The position numbers and the translations under genes were made by a program. The notes under the pieces are model-generated. The model was not told the DNA's origin. It did no database searches and worked only from the letters and a program-made list of their open reading frames with translations. From Scenedesmus sp. PABB004 (taxonomy: Eukaryota): a DNA stretch of 64,000 nucleotides. The stretch spans positions 62,001 to 126,000 of the forward strand of contig JABVCE010000028.1 of NCBI GenBank assembly GCA_014905635.1, written 5' to 3'. Positions 43,784 through 54,175 of the stretch are shown here, piece by piece (position 1 is the first letter of the stretch; each line of letters starts with the position of its first letter).

Positions 43784-46310
43784 ATGCAGGACCCCGAGTT
43801 CAGCGACCCCAGCTCGGAGGAGGACTTTCCGGGCGGGCCCACGCTCGTGGAGTTCTGGAGCCTCGAGGTGCCCCCGAAGACGACCGTCGTGGCCCGGATC
43901 GCGGACCACCCCGCCCTGTGAGCGCGCTCGCGCGCGGACGCACGGCGCCGCGGCGCGCACAGGCGGCGCCGGATGCGCGTAGGGCGCCTGGACGGCGGCC
44001 CGGCGGGCCCCCTCAGCGCTGGGCGAAGCGCGCTGCGGCGTGGGCCCCCGCGGCCGCGGCGGCGGCGGCAGCAGCGGCAGCGCCCGGCGGCTCGCCCGCG
44101 CCGGCGCGGCGGGGGCCCGCCGGGGGACCGGCGGCGCCCACGGCGCCCAGATCGTGGCGTTTGTCGTGCTGGCAGCCGCCGCTACGCGCGCGATGCAGCG
44201 GCGCTCCGGCGCGCCCCCGCAGCCGCGTGGCCGGCGCTGCGTCGCCGCGCGCCGCGCCGCGCCCGCCCACGCGCCGCGCCGCGCCGCGCCGCGCCGGCCG
44301 CAGCGTGGAGGTGGTGCACGTCACGGGCGCGGCGCTGGGCGAGCGCGCGCCGGGCGGGGCGCGGCACGTGCTGAAGATCATTCCCCACGACCTCGACGGC
44401 CGCGCGCGGCCCGAGGTCGCGCTCGGCACGCTCGAGGCGGGGCGCACCGACCAGTTCAGCCTCGACTTTGGCATGAGCGCGACGACGAGCTTCCGGCACA
44501 CCGGCCCGAGCAGCGTGTGGCTCAGCGGCTACCTCACGCGCAGCTACGGCGACGCGTACGGCAGCGACGACGCCGACGACGCCGACTACGAGAGCGAGGA
44601 GGACGAGGAGGAGGAGGAGGGCGAGAGCGAGAGCGACGACGGCGAGCCGCCCGCGGCGATCCCGCTGCACGCGGCGGACGGCCGCGCCGGCGCAAAGGTG
44701 CGGCGCGCGGCGGCGGGCGGCGGCGGGCGGCGCGGCGCGGCGCGGCGCGGCGCTGATTGTCTGTCGCGCGCTGCCGCCGCGCAGGGCGGCAGGGCGGCAG
44801 CAGCGGCGGCCGCGCAGGCGCAGCGGGGCGGCAGCAGCAGCGGCGGCGAGAGCGACGAGGGCGAGAGCAGCAGCGGTGAGGAGGACGAGAGCGAGGACCA
44901 GCAGGGTGAGCGCGGCGGCGGCGGCGGCGGCGCCAGGGCGGCGGGGGCAGCGGGGGCGCCGCGGCGGGCGGGGCCGCTTGCTGCGTGCGAGCTGTGCGCG
45001 TCTGAGCGTGCGTGAGCGTGTGCGTGTGCGTGAGCGCGGGCGCACGAGCGTGTGCACGCCGGCCCTGCGCGCGGCGGCAGCGCGGCACGGGCGCGGCGGC
45101 GCGGACGCACTGACGCCGCCGGGCACGCGTGCCGCGCCGCGCCGCGCCGCCGCAAGGCGACGAGTTTGACCGCCGGCTGGGCGCCAAGTCGTTTGGCGGC
45201 GGCAGCAGCGGGTCGGAGGAGGAGGGGGGCAGCGAGTCGTCGGACGACCCGCTGGACATTGGCAGCGACGACGACGTGGCGGGCGTGGAGTACGAGGACG
45301 CGCCGGGTGTGTGGCGGCGCGGGGGCCTGGCTGGCCGGCCGCGCGAGCGCGTGTGCGGGTCTGCGCGCGTCTGTGCGGGTCTGTGCGGGTCTGCGCGGGT
45401 CTGTGCGGGTCTGTGCGCGTGCAGGGTGGCGTGGCGCGTGCTCTGTCGGAGCGGGCGGCGGGGCGGGCGGGCCCGCACGCTGCACCGCCGTGACGCCGCC
45501 TGCCGCCCGCTGCCGCGCGCTGCCGCCGGCCAGACGGCACGGGGCGCCTGATGGACATGGAGGCTGACGAGGACGAGGACGAGGGTGCGGCGGGCTGGAG
45601 CGCGGGCGGACGGGGGGGGGGCAGGCGGGAGCGTGGGCGGGAGCGCGGCGCCGCAGCGCACGGCGGTGTGCCTCACGCCCGCCGCTCGCTGCGCGTGCCA
45701 CAGACGAGGAGGACGAGGAGGACGAGGAGGACGAGGAGGACGAGGAGGAGGAGCCCGCGCCCAAGGTGGGCGCGCTGCGGCGGGGGCAGCAGCGCGCCGC
45801 GGGCATGCGCCACCCCGCCGCAGCCGCCGCCGCTGCCCCGCGCGCCGCTGACCCCGGCCCGCCGCCGCGCCGCGCAGCCCGCAGCCGGCAGCAAGCGCGC
45901 GTCGCAGCCGCTGACGCCGCAGCCGCAGCTGGCCAAGCGCCAGAAGGGCCAGGACGGCGCGCCCAAGGCGCCGCAGAGCGCGCCCGCCAAGGGCCCGCAG
46001 GCCAAGGCCGCAGGTGCGTGTGTGGGCGCGCGCCGCCCGCCGCGGCCCCGGCCGTCGCCGGCAGGCGCTGACGCGCACCCCCCACCCCTCCCCCCGTTGC
46101 CGCCCGCGCGCAGGCGCGGCCAGCGGCGAGGAGGCGGTGTTTGTGGGCGAGCTCGTGGCGGCGCTGCGCGAGGCGGGTGGGTCGCTCAGCTTGAACCACC
46201 TCAGCGCCAAGGTCAAGAAGCCCGCGGGCGTGGCGGGCAAGTACAAGGCCTTCCTGGCGGGCCACTCGGACACGTTCAAGCTCGACGGCGACAACATCAC
46301 ACTCGCGTGA
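43784..46310 (+). CDS. Nucleoplasmin-like (HD2/FKBP-type NPL) histone-chaperone protein with acidic tracts and a small C-terminal domain
   Basis: EFWSLEVPP..VHVTGAALG..VALGTL..DQFSLDF..SFRHTGPSSVWLSGY followed by D/E tracts. C-terminus FVGELVAALREAGGSLSLNHLSAKVKKP..YKAFLAGHSDTFKLDGDNITLA. Confidence 0.8.
45352..45420. repeat. Intronic 10-bp tandem repeat (GTGCGGGTCT-like), about 6 copies
   Basis: Read directly. Confidence 0.85.
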
Positions 46311-46744
46311 CGCGCGCGGCGCGGCGGGCGGGCCTAGGCAGCGCGGGCGGTGCGTGGGGCAGCTAGTGCGGCGGGGCGGGGCGGGGCGGACCGGGCGCCG
46401 CGGCGGCCGCGGCGGCCGCGCGCGTGCCGGGGCGGGCGCAAGGGGGCGGGCGCGGGGGGTGCGCGCAGCTGCGCGCAGCCGGCGGGCGGCGCCGCGCGAT
46501 CGCGCCGGTGTTGGGAGCGGGGTCGGGTCGACCTGAACCGCTCCCCATTGTGACGGCGCGGGCCGCAGCAGGAGCGTGCATTCCGCACAGCTGGCGCCTC
46601 AGAGCCGCCGCCGTCGCCGCCAATCGCAGCCGCGCACGCGAGCGAGCCCGCGCCGCCGCCGCTGCTGCTGCCGCCGCTGCTGCTGCTGCCGTGCCCGCCC
46701 TCGACGTCACAGAAACGAGCCCGCGGGGCGGTCTGTGTGCCAGC

Positions 46745-46882
46745 ATGTTCGGCTCCAGCAAGCCGTCGCCCAAGAAGGCCTACAAGGAGCTGCGCAGCAA
46801 TCTGCTGCTCTTCGGCACCATCTGCCTCGCCACGCGGCTGGCGCCCTACGTGCTGCACCTGGGGCAGAAGGTGACCAAGTGA
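46745..46882 (+). CDS. TOM6: Mitochondrial import receptor subunit TOM6 (plant type, 45 aa)
   Basis: MFGSSKPSPKKAYKELRSNLLLFGTICLATRLAPYVLHLGQKVTK matches the recalled plant TOM6 pattern MF..KP.K..A.K.LR....LFG......R.APYVL. Confidence 0.8.
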   Translation: MFGSSKPSPKKAYKELRSNLLLFGTICLATRLAPYVLHLGQKVTK

Positions 46883-46913
46883 GGGACCTCCCGCAGGAGC
46901 CGGGGGCGCGGAC

Positions 46914-47861
46914 ATGGCGGAGGCGGGCCGGGCGGCGGCCGACGTCGATCTCCCGGCCCGCAAGAAGGCGAAGAAGGCCGGCCCCGGCGGCAAGGCCGGC
47001 GCGCCGGAGGGCCTGGAGGTCAACCCCGACGACTACGTGCGCGTGGTGCCGGTGCGCAAGCCGGGCGGCGACGACGACGGCAGCGGCGCCGTGCTGCTCT
47101 CGCGCTCCGATCGCGCGCCGGGGCTGGCGCTCAGCGAGGACCGGCTCACCGTGACGGGGCACAAGGGCTTCCGCAGCGTGCGCGCGACGCACGGCGCGCA
47201 CGAGGGCACGTACTACTGCGAGGCGACGGTCGTCGGCCTCGGCCCGACCGGGCACGCGCGGCTCGGCTGGTCCACGCGCGCCGCGGAGCTCAACGCGCCC
47301 GTCGGCTACGACGCCCACGGCTTTGCGTACCGCGACCTCGAGGGCAGTGCCGTGTCGCGCGGCGTGCGCGCGCCGTACGGCGCGCCGTTTGGCGAGGGCG
47401 ACGTCGTGGGGCTGTTCATGCACCTCCCACCCGGCGGCGCGCGGCGCGAGCCCTCGGCCGCGCCGCTCGTGCGCTACAAGGGCGAGCTGTACGCGCTCGA
47501 CGACGCGCCCGCCGCGCCGCCGGAGCCGCTGCGCGGCAGCGTGGTGGGCTTCAGCCTCAACGGCGCGTGGCAGGGCCCCGCGTTCACCGACGTGCCGCAG
47601 GGCACCTACTACCCGACCGCCTCGCTCTTCACGCGCCCCGAGCAGGAGGCCGGCGCGGTGGTGCGGCTCAACTTTGGGCCCACCTTTGCGCACGCGCCGC
47701 CGGACGTGCCCGGCTGCCCGCCCGCGCAGCCGGTGAGCGCGCTGCCGGCGGCCGCCGCGGCGGCGGCGGCCGCGGCCGAGGCGGAGCTGGTCGCGCCCGC
47801 GGCGGCGGGCGCGGGCGTGGACGGCGCGGCTGTGGCGGCGCCAGCGCAGGCCGAGGCGTGA
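46914..47861 (+). CDS. ASH2L: ASH2L/TRAUCO-like SPRY-domain subunit of the COMPASS H3K4 methyltransferase complex, intronless
   Basis: VLLSRSDRAPGLALSEDRLTVTGHKGFRSVRATHGAHEGTYYCE..GHARLGWS..LNAPVGYDAHGFAYRDLEGS..GDVVG..FSLNGAWQGPAF..YYPTASLF..VRLNFGPTF. Confidence 0.9.
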   Translation: MAEAGRAAADVDLPARKKAKKAGPGGKAGAPEGLEVNPDDYVRVVPVRKPGGDDDGSGAVLLSRSDRAPGLALSEDRLTVTGHKGFRSVRATHGAHEGTYYCEATVVGLGPTGHARLGWSTRAAELNAPVGYDAHGFAYRDLEGSAVSRGVRAPYGAPFGEGDVVGLFMHLPPGGARREPSAAPLVRYKGELYALDDAPAAPPEPLRGSVVGFSLNGAWQGPAFTDVPQGTYYPTASLFTRPEQEAGAVVRLNFGPTFAHAPPDVPGCPPAQPVSALPAAAAAAAAAAEAELVAPAAAGAGVDGAAVAAPAQAEA

Positions 47862-48127
47862 CGGGGGCCGCGCCGCACGCGGTGGGGACGTTGGTGTGTG
47901 AAAGCGCGCCGCGCGCCGTGCTGCGCTGTGCGTGACGTCGTTTGCGGTTTAACGCGCGTCCCGCGCGCCGCCGCCGCTGCGAGGGCCCCGAATCGGCGCG
48001 CGCCGGACTGCGTCCCCACTGCGCAGAGCCGCAACCAGGCACACGCGGCGCAGGCGCACGCGCCGCACAGCAGCGCGCGCCGGCGGCCGCCGCCCTCGCC
48101 CGCCCAGGCGCCCGCCCACGCCTCGCG

Positions 48128-49857
48128 ATGGCGCAGAGCGGCGACCGCGCGGAGCAGTTCTCGATCGAGTATGCCAGGCGCGAACGGGGCGCGTTCGGGG
48201 CAGCGCCGCGGGGCGAGCGTCGCGCACAACAGCGGGCGGCGCGCGGCGCGGGGCAGCCACGCGGCCCTCCCGGGCGCCTGGAACGGCGCCCCCGCTTGCC
48301 CAGGCGCGCGCCCGCCGCGCCACCGCCGCCGCCGCACGCGCCGCCGCCGCGCAGGTCGGGCCGCGCCGCGTGCCGCGCGGACGAGAACACCTGCCTGGCC
48401 GGCGGCGACCGCGTCATCGCCAAGGGTGGGGGCCACCTGGCAGCCGCGCTGCCGCCGCCGCGGCCGCCGCTCGCGCGCCGAGCGCGCTGCCGCCGCCGCG
48501 GGCGCCTGCACGCAGGCGAGCTGCGGCTCGGCGCCGCGAACGTCTGCTCGCGGTCGGGCAACGTCGGTTCCCCGCGCTACTTCCACTGGTGCGCACAGCG
48601 CCGACCGCGGCCGGGCGCGCGGGCCGTCCCGCCGCGGGCGGCGCCGCCGACCGCCGCCGCGGCCCGCCCGCGCAGGCGCTGCGTGTCGCCGGCGCAGCTG
48701 GCGGCGATCAACGCGCAGGGCGGCGAGGGCGCGCTGGTCGGCCTGGAGGCGCTGGACCCGGCCGACCGCCAGCGCGTGGTCGCGGTGCTGCGCGCGGCTC
48801 CCGTGGCCCCCCAGGCGGTGCGCGCCGCGGGGGCGGTCGGCCGCGCCGGGGTGGGCGGCGCGCGCGGGGCGGTGCAGATCTGCACCTCTAGAGCAGGCCG
48901 GCCCCCGTGGACGCCCGCGCGCGCCGCCGCCTGCCGTCGCAGCAGGCCGCCGCGGGGCGGCTCGCGCCGGGCGCGCCCGCGCCGCGCCCGGCGCAGGCAC
49001 CGGCGCCCATCGACGGCCAGGCGCTGATGCAGGCCACGGCCGCGGCGTTGGGCCTGCCCGGCGGCACGGCCGCGCTGCTGGCGCAGGCGCAGGCGTGGGC
49101 CGAGGAGCAGCTGCGCGCCGCGGCCATCGCGGCCGGGCAGGCGGTGCCGCCGGCGGGCCCCGCGCGCGACGCGAGCGTGGCCTCCCTGGCGCACCGCTAC
49201 GTCACCGCCTGCCTCACCCGGTTTGTTCAGTCCGCGCCGGGCCAGGCATTCATCGCCGCGCAGCGCACCGCGCAGCAGGCGGCGCTCGCGCAGCAGCAGC
49301 AGGCCGTGGCGCGCGCGCAGCAGCAGCAGGCCGCGGCGCGCGCGCAGCAGCAGGAGGCGGAGGCGGCGGCGCGCGCGCAGCAGCGGGCCGCGCAGCAGCA
49401 GGCCGCGCAGGAGCGGGCGGCGCGCGCGCAGCAGGAGGCGGCGGCCGCCGCCACCGCCGCGGGGCCCGGCCGCCGCCAGCGGCGCATGAAGGCCGCCGCG
49501 CCGGGCTTTGTGTCGGGCGTCGAGCTCGAGCGCGCGCTGGCGGTGCACGGCTCGGGTGCGCAGCGTCAGGGCGCCGGGGCGCCGCGCCGCGCCGCGCCGC
49601 GCGGCTGTCTGAGCTGCCTCGCGCCGCTCCTCGCATGACTGCGCGCGCGCTCAGACGAGGAGGACGAGCCGCGCTCCAAGCGCGGCCGCGGCGACTCTGC
49701 CGCGTCCGACGACTCTGACTGGCAGGCGACCGAGGCAGACCTGCAGCGCCGCGACCAGCGCGCGCGCGGCGGCGGCGGCAGCGGCGGCGCTGCCGCAGCG
49801 ACTGACGGGCGCTCGCCGGCGGCGCGGGAGCCGCCCGCAGGCGCCGAGGTGCCGCGC

Positions 49858-49900
<43 letters not shown>

Positions 49901-51013
49901 GCGCCACCGTGCCCTACCCCACGAGCACCCTCGGCGGCGGCGGCCTGGGCCGCGGCGCCGGCGGCTTTGGCGGCGGCGCCGGCGGGTTTGGCCTCGGCGG
50001 CGGGGCGGGGCAGGCGGTCAGCGTGGGCCTGCCTGGTGGCGTCGGCCCGTCCGTGGCGATCACCCTGCCCATGCTGGCGGGCGGCATGCTGCCCCACCAG
50101 ATCCAACAGGCGGCAGTGCTGCGCCAGTTTGGCGACGTCATGCTCGCCGGCTTGGCGGCGGGCGCTGCAGGCATGGCGGGCGCGGCGGGTGCCAGCGGCG
50201 GCGGTGGCGGCGCTGGGGTGCGCAGGCCGCGCGCGCTGCAGCGCTGCTGCGCGGGCCGTGCGCCGAGCACGGCCGCGCGGCTAACGAGGCGCGCGGCCGC
50301 GCATGCCCGCTGCCGCGCCCGCCGCACAGGCGCCGGCCATCATGGTGCTGCAGCCGCCACTGACCACCAGCCAGCCGGGGACCGCCAGCCGCGGCGCCAG
50401 CAGCGGCGCCGCGCCGCACGGCGCGCCGAGCCCCGCGCCAAGCCAGAGCGCGGGCGGCGGCGGCGGCGGGGGCGGGGGCGCCGGCGGGGCGCTGGGGCCG
50501 GGCGCTGCCCCACGCCCGGGCCCGAGGCCGTGCCCGTGCCCGCGGTCGCGCCCGTGCCCGCGGCCGCCGGCGCAGCGCCGGTGGGCGCGCCCGCGGCGGC
50601 GGCGCGGGCCGCGGAGGACGCGCAGCTGCTCGCGACGATGCTGCCGGCGGCGGGCCCCGCTGACCGCGAGCTCCTGCTGGGGCACATGTCGGCGAGTGGC
50701 GCGGCGCGGGCGTGGCGCGGCGCCTGGCGCCTGCAGGCGCCAGGCAGGCGCGCCCGCGCCAGCTGGCGCGGGCGCGGGCGGGCCGCTGCGCACCTCACGC
50801 GCGTGCGCGCGCGCGCGCGCGCGCGCGCCGCCGCCGCGGCAGGCGTTTGAGAGCGTCGAGCAGCGCATCAACTTCCTGGAGATCTACGCCAAGGAGCTGC
50901 ACCAGCGCGCCGCCGCCAGCGTGGCGGCGGAGCGCGAGGCCGCGGCGGGCGCGCCAGGCGCGTCCGGGCAGGAGGGCGACGGCGCCGCCGGCGTCGGCCC
51001 CAACGGCGCGTGA
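48128..51013 (+). CDS. PARP-type zinc-finger protein with a long Ala/Gln/Gly low-complexity region
   Basis: Spliced N-terminus FSIEYARSGRAACR..C..IAKGELRLG..RYFHWRC..LVGLEALDPADRQRV is a zf-PARP domain. The last exon AFESVEQRINFLEIYAKELHQR ends at stop 51013. No catalytic domain seen. Confidence 0.75.
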
Positions 51014-51310
51014 GCGCGCGCCGCGTTCCGGGGTCGGCGAGTGTCGGCGCGCGGCGCGCGCGGGCGAGTGCGCCGAGGGGGGCGGTGCGGTTGATTAGGC
51101 TGCGCGGTGCTTGCTCGTCCTTCGCTGCCTAAACGCACAGTTGCTTCAGGCACCACCACCGCGCGCTCAGCAGCCCCAGCAGCCACACCGCGCGGCCGCC
51201 TCCTGGCGGCGGCTGCGGCGGTGCGGCCGACGCGGGCCGGCGCGGGCCGCACTGGTGTTTGCGACGGCGCAGTGCAGTCGGCACGGACCGCCGGCTGAAT
51301 CGAATTGAAG

Positions 51311-51315
51311 TGTAA
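51311..51315 (+). promoter_or_regulatory. Candidate chlorophyte polyadenylation signal TGTAA for the zf-PARP gene
   Basis: TGTAA about 300 nt after the stop, in a locally AT-richer patch. UGUAA is the established green-algal signal. Confidence 0.45.
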
Positions 51316-51475
51316 CCGGCACACTGCCGCAACCGCTGCTGCTCCGGCGGCGTGGAAGTGCTGCGCACACAAAGAGAGAGCGCGCGCTGCTCGCTGGGAG
51401 CGCGTCCTGCTTGCGCGTCCTCTCCAGGCCCAGCCCGCAGACTCTCTCCCCTCTCGAGCGCCCGGCGCAGCGGAC

Positions 51476-52404
51476 ATGGCCGCCGCGCAGCCGAGCGACG
51501 CCGACCGGGCGTTCATGGCGCGCGCCATCGAGCTCAGCCGCAAGGCCGGGATCGAGCTGGGCACGGGGAAGTGCTTCGGTGCGCGCGCAACTCGGCGGCG
51601 CCCCAGCGGCGCGTGCCGCGCGCCGCCGCAAAGTGACGCCTGCTCTCTTGCGAACGCCCCAGGCGCGGTCGTGGTCAAGGACGGTAGGATCATCGGTGAG
51701 GGCTACAACCAGGTGAGCTCCTCCCTGCGCTCCTCCTGCCGGGACGTCGTGGGCGCGGGCTGCCGCCACCGCACGGCGGGCCAGCCGCGCCGCCACCGCC
51801 CCGCTGAGCGCGCGCGTGCGCGGCGCGCAGGTGTTTTCGCAGGCCGACCCCACGTGGCACGGCGAGATGCACGCCATCCGCGAGGCGGGGCGCGCGCTGG
51901 GCACGCCCTCGCTCGCCGGCTGCACCATCTACAGGTGTGGCGCCCCGCGGGCACGGGGCCGTGAGGCCACGCGCCGTGGCCGCGGGCACGCGCCATCTTG
52001 CAACGCGGCAGAGGCCGCCCGCCGCGCCGTGGGCAGCCGCGGTCGCCCGACGGCGCGGCCGGCCGCTGACCGGCCGCTGACCGGCCGCTCTCCCCCGCAA
52101 ACGCCGCCGCCGCCGCCGCCGCGTGCCCCGCAGCTCCACGTACCCGTGCCCAATGTGCACCGCCGCGATCTACTGGAGCAAGATCGAGCGCTGCTGGTAT
52201 GGCGCAGAGGACGCGGACGTCGCCGCGGCTGGCGCCTACGAAAACGGGGACAGCTACGTGACCGGCGTGTTCCACGACCGCGAGGACATGCTGCCGCCGG
52301 AGCAGCGCACCGCGGTGCCGTTCAGGAGCCTCATGCGCGAGCAGGCGGCGGCGGTGTTTGACGAGTACGCGGCGCTCCCGCCCGAGCGCCGACCCGTGTA
52401 CTGA
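51476..52404 (+). CDS. Guanine/guanosine deaminase (CDA superfamily, GuaD/GSDA-like)
   Basis: DRAFMARAIELS..FGAVVVKDGRIIGEGYNQV..DPTWHGEMHAIREA..IYSSTYPCPMCTAAIYWSKI, with a C-terminal Tyr (..RPVY*). Three introns. Confidence 0.88.
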
Positions 52405-52643
52405 GGCGGCCCGGGCTCGGAGTCTGAGCCTCAGACGCCCCGGGCGCGGCGCGCCTGGCCAGGCTGGCGGCACTGCTGGGTGGGCCGGCTGGGGGGCGGC
52501 GCGGGGTCCGATTTGACTGCGCTGCGCGGCGGCACGGTGCTCTGCTCGTCACGCTTCGTTAATGTGCAGTTGCTCCAACTGGGTTGCCACCGCACGCGCG
52601 GTGGCAGCAGCCTAGCAGCGCGCAGCAGCGCGGCGCACGCGCG

Positions 52644-53390
52644 TCAGGTCGGCAGGCGCACCACGGGCTCGTGCTTGCCGCAGCGAAACGCGAGCGTGTG
52701 CGCCATGCGATTCCCGGCCGCGTGCTCGCCGACGCGCGTGTGGCCCTTGCACCAGACCCAGCTGACGCCGCAGCCCGCCGGCAGCGCCGCGGCCAGGGCC
52801 CAGATGCCGCGGACGAGCGCGCTGTGCTTGGCCTTGATACTCGCGCGGCTGGCCAGCATGTTGACCGCGGCCTGGCAGTCTGCGCGCGGCGGTGACGGCG
52901 GTGGCGGTTGCGGTGGGCTGGCTGCGGCGGGGGCGCCCCCGCCGCAGCGCGCGCCGGCGCGCGCTGCGCTGTGCTGCGCAACGCCGCACGCACCTGAGAT
53001 GATGCGGATCTGAGCCCCGCCGGGCAGAGTGCCGCCGATGTGGTGCAGCGCAGCGAAGACGGCGCCGAGCTCGGAGCGCACCGAGTCGGGCTCGCCGCCT
53101 GCCAGGATGCGCGACAGCCGCAGGCCGCCGCGCGGCGCCCACACGCCGCAGGCCATGGGCAGCGCGCCGGCGGCGGTGCGGTGGCTGCCGTCGACGTAGA
53201 CGTCCACGGGCGGCGGCCGCGGCGCGCCGGGCGCAGCAGCGGCGCCGCCGTTGTCCTCCTCGTCCGAGCTCAGCAGCTCGATGCAGTCGTCGCTGTCGTC
53301 GTCGCTGTCGAGAATCTCAATCTTCTTAATGGCCTCATCCTCGTCCGCGCTGTCGTCAAGCAGCTCGATGACCTCCGGCGCGCCGGCCAT
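52644..53390 (-). CDS. RNase H (type I fold) protein with N-terminal SUMO-interacting-like motifs
   Basis: VYVDGS, RSELGAV, IISDCQ (across an intron), WVWCKGH, GNRMAHTLA. An extra last exon could move the stop to 52549. Confidence 0.78.
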   Translation of the reverse strand: MAGAPEVIELLDDSADEDEAIKKIEILDSDDDSDDCIELLSSDEEDNGGAAAAPGAPRPPPVDVYVDGSHRTAAGALPMACGVWAPRGGLRLSRILAGGEPDSVRSELGAVFAALHHIGGTLPGGAQIRIISGACGVAQHSAARAGARCGGGAPAAASPPQPPPPSPPRADCQAAVNMLASRASIKAKHSALVRGIWALAAALPAGCGVSWVWCKGHTRVGEHAAGNRMAHTLAFRCGKHEPVVRLPT

Positions 53391-53729
53391 CTGCTGCTGC
53401 GGCCGCCGCGGCGCGGCACGGCGTGCACGCGCGATGCGGCCGCGCCGCAGGCCTGCCACCGAGTATGTGGCACGTTTCATGGGCGGCCGGGTCGCGGCGT
53501 GCACGGGAGCGCGCAGGGGAGGGCGCAGGGCAGCAGCAAACGGTCGTGAGGCTCAAGCACGCGCCCCTCTCGCCCGCCGAGGGCGCACACCGACGCGCGG
53601 GCACGGGAGTGATGCCCGGGCTGAGCCGCGCGGCGCGGCGGCGGGGGCGCGGTGCGGTGGCGGGGTGCAGGGCCCAGCGCGCGCGCCGTAGTCGCAGTTT
53701 CAGTCTCGCCCCCATTCCGCGCAGCTCTC

Positions 53730-53734
53730 TTACA
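53730..53734 (-). promoter_or_regulatory. Candidate polyadenylation signal TGTAA for the gene at 54176-58157
   Basis: TTACA on the + strand, about 440 nt downstream of the stop. Confidence 0.35.
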
Positions 53735-54175
53735 TGCCCACACCGAGGGAGCGCCCCGCGCGCGGCCGCCGCCCCCATGCCGCCCCCGCGGTGCAGTGCC
53801 GTGCGCGTGCGCGCCAACTGCTCAACGCGCGCCCCCGCGCGTGGATTCAAGGCGCAGCTCGCGCGCCGCCGCCAGCAGCGCGCGCCACCGCCGGATCGCA
53901 CGGCCGGCGGGCGCGCCGCAGCGCCTCGCGGCGCTGCCTCCTCCAACCAACGCGCGGCGCGCTCGCAGGGACGCGTGCCGTCCCGCATCTGCCCACCCCC
54001 CTCCGCCTGCAACGTTGGTCGCAGCAAAACTGGCGCGCCCACGATCCAGTGTGTGCTGTCGTCAGCATGCGTTGCTCGCCGCCGCGCGGCCCCCCCCCCC
54101 CCGCCCGCCCGCCTGCGCGGAGCGCGGCAATAGAGCACCCCGGCGGCGCCCCTGATACCTCTCGCAGGCGCCCCC

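Noticed and set aside
46871..46896. Possible intron fusing TOM6 to ASH2L
   Set aside because: It is only 26 nt (or 18 nt from the next GT), far shorter than the other introns, and does not put ASH2L in frame.
52410..52446. Small palindrome GTCTGAG-C-CTCAGAC flanked by CCCGGG after the deaminase stop
   Set aside because: It is too short to distinguish from chance, and intrinsic terminators do not apply to nuclear genes.
51476..53390. Deaminase plus RNase H plus zf-PARP as a co-functional editing or defence cluster
   Set aside because: The deaminase looks like a housekeeping purine-catabolism enzyme, and eukaryotic adjacency alone gives no support.
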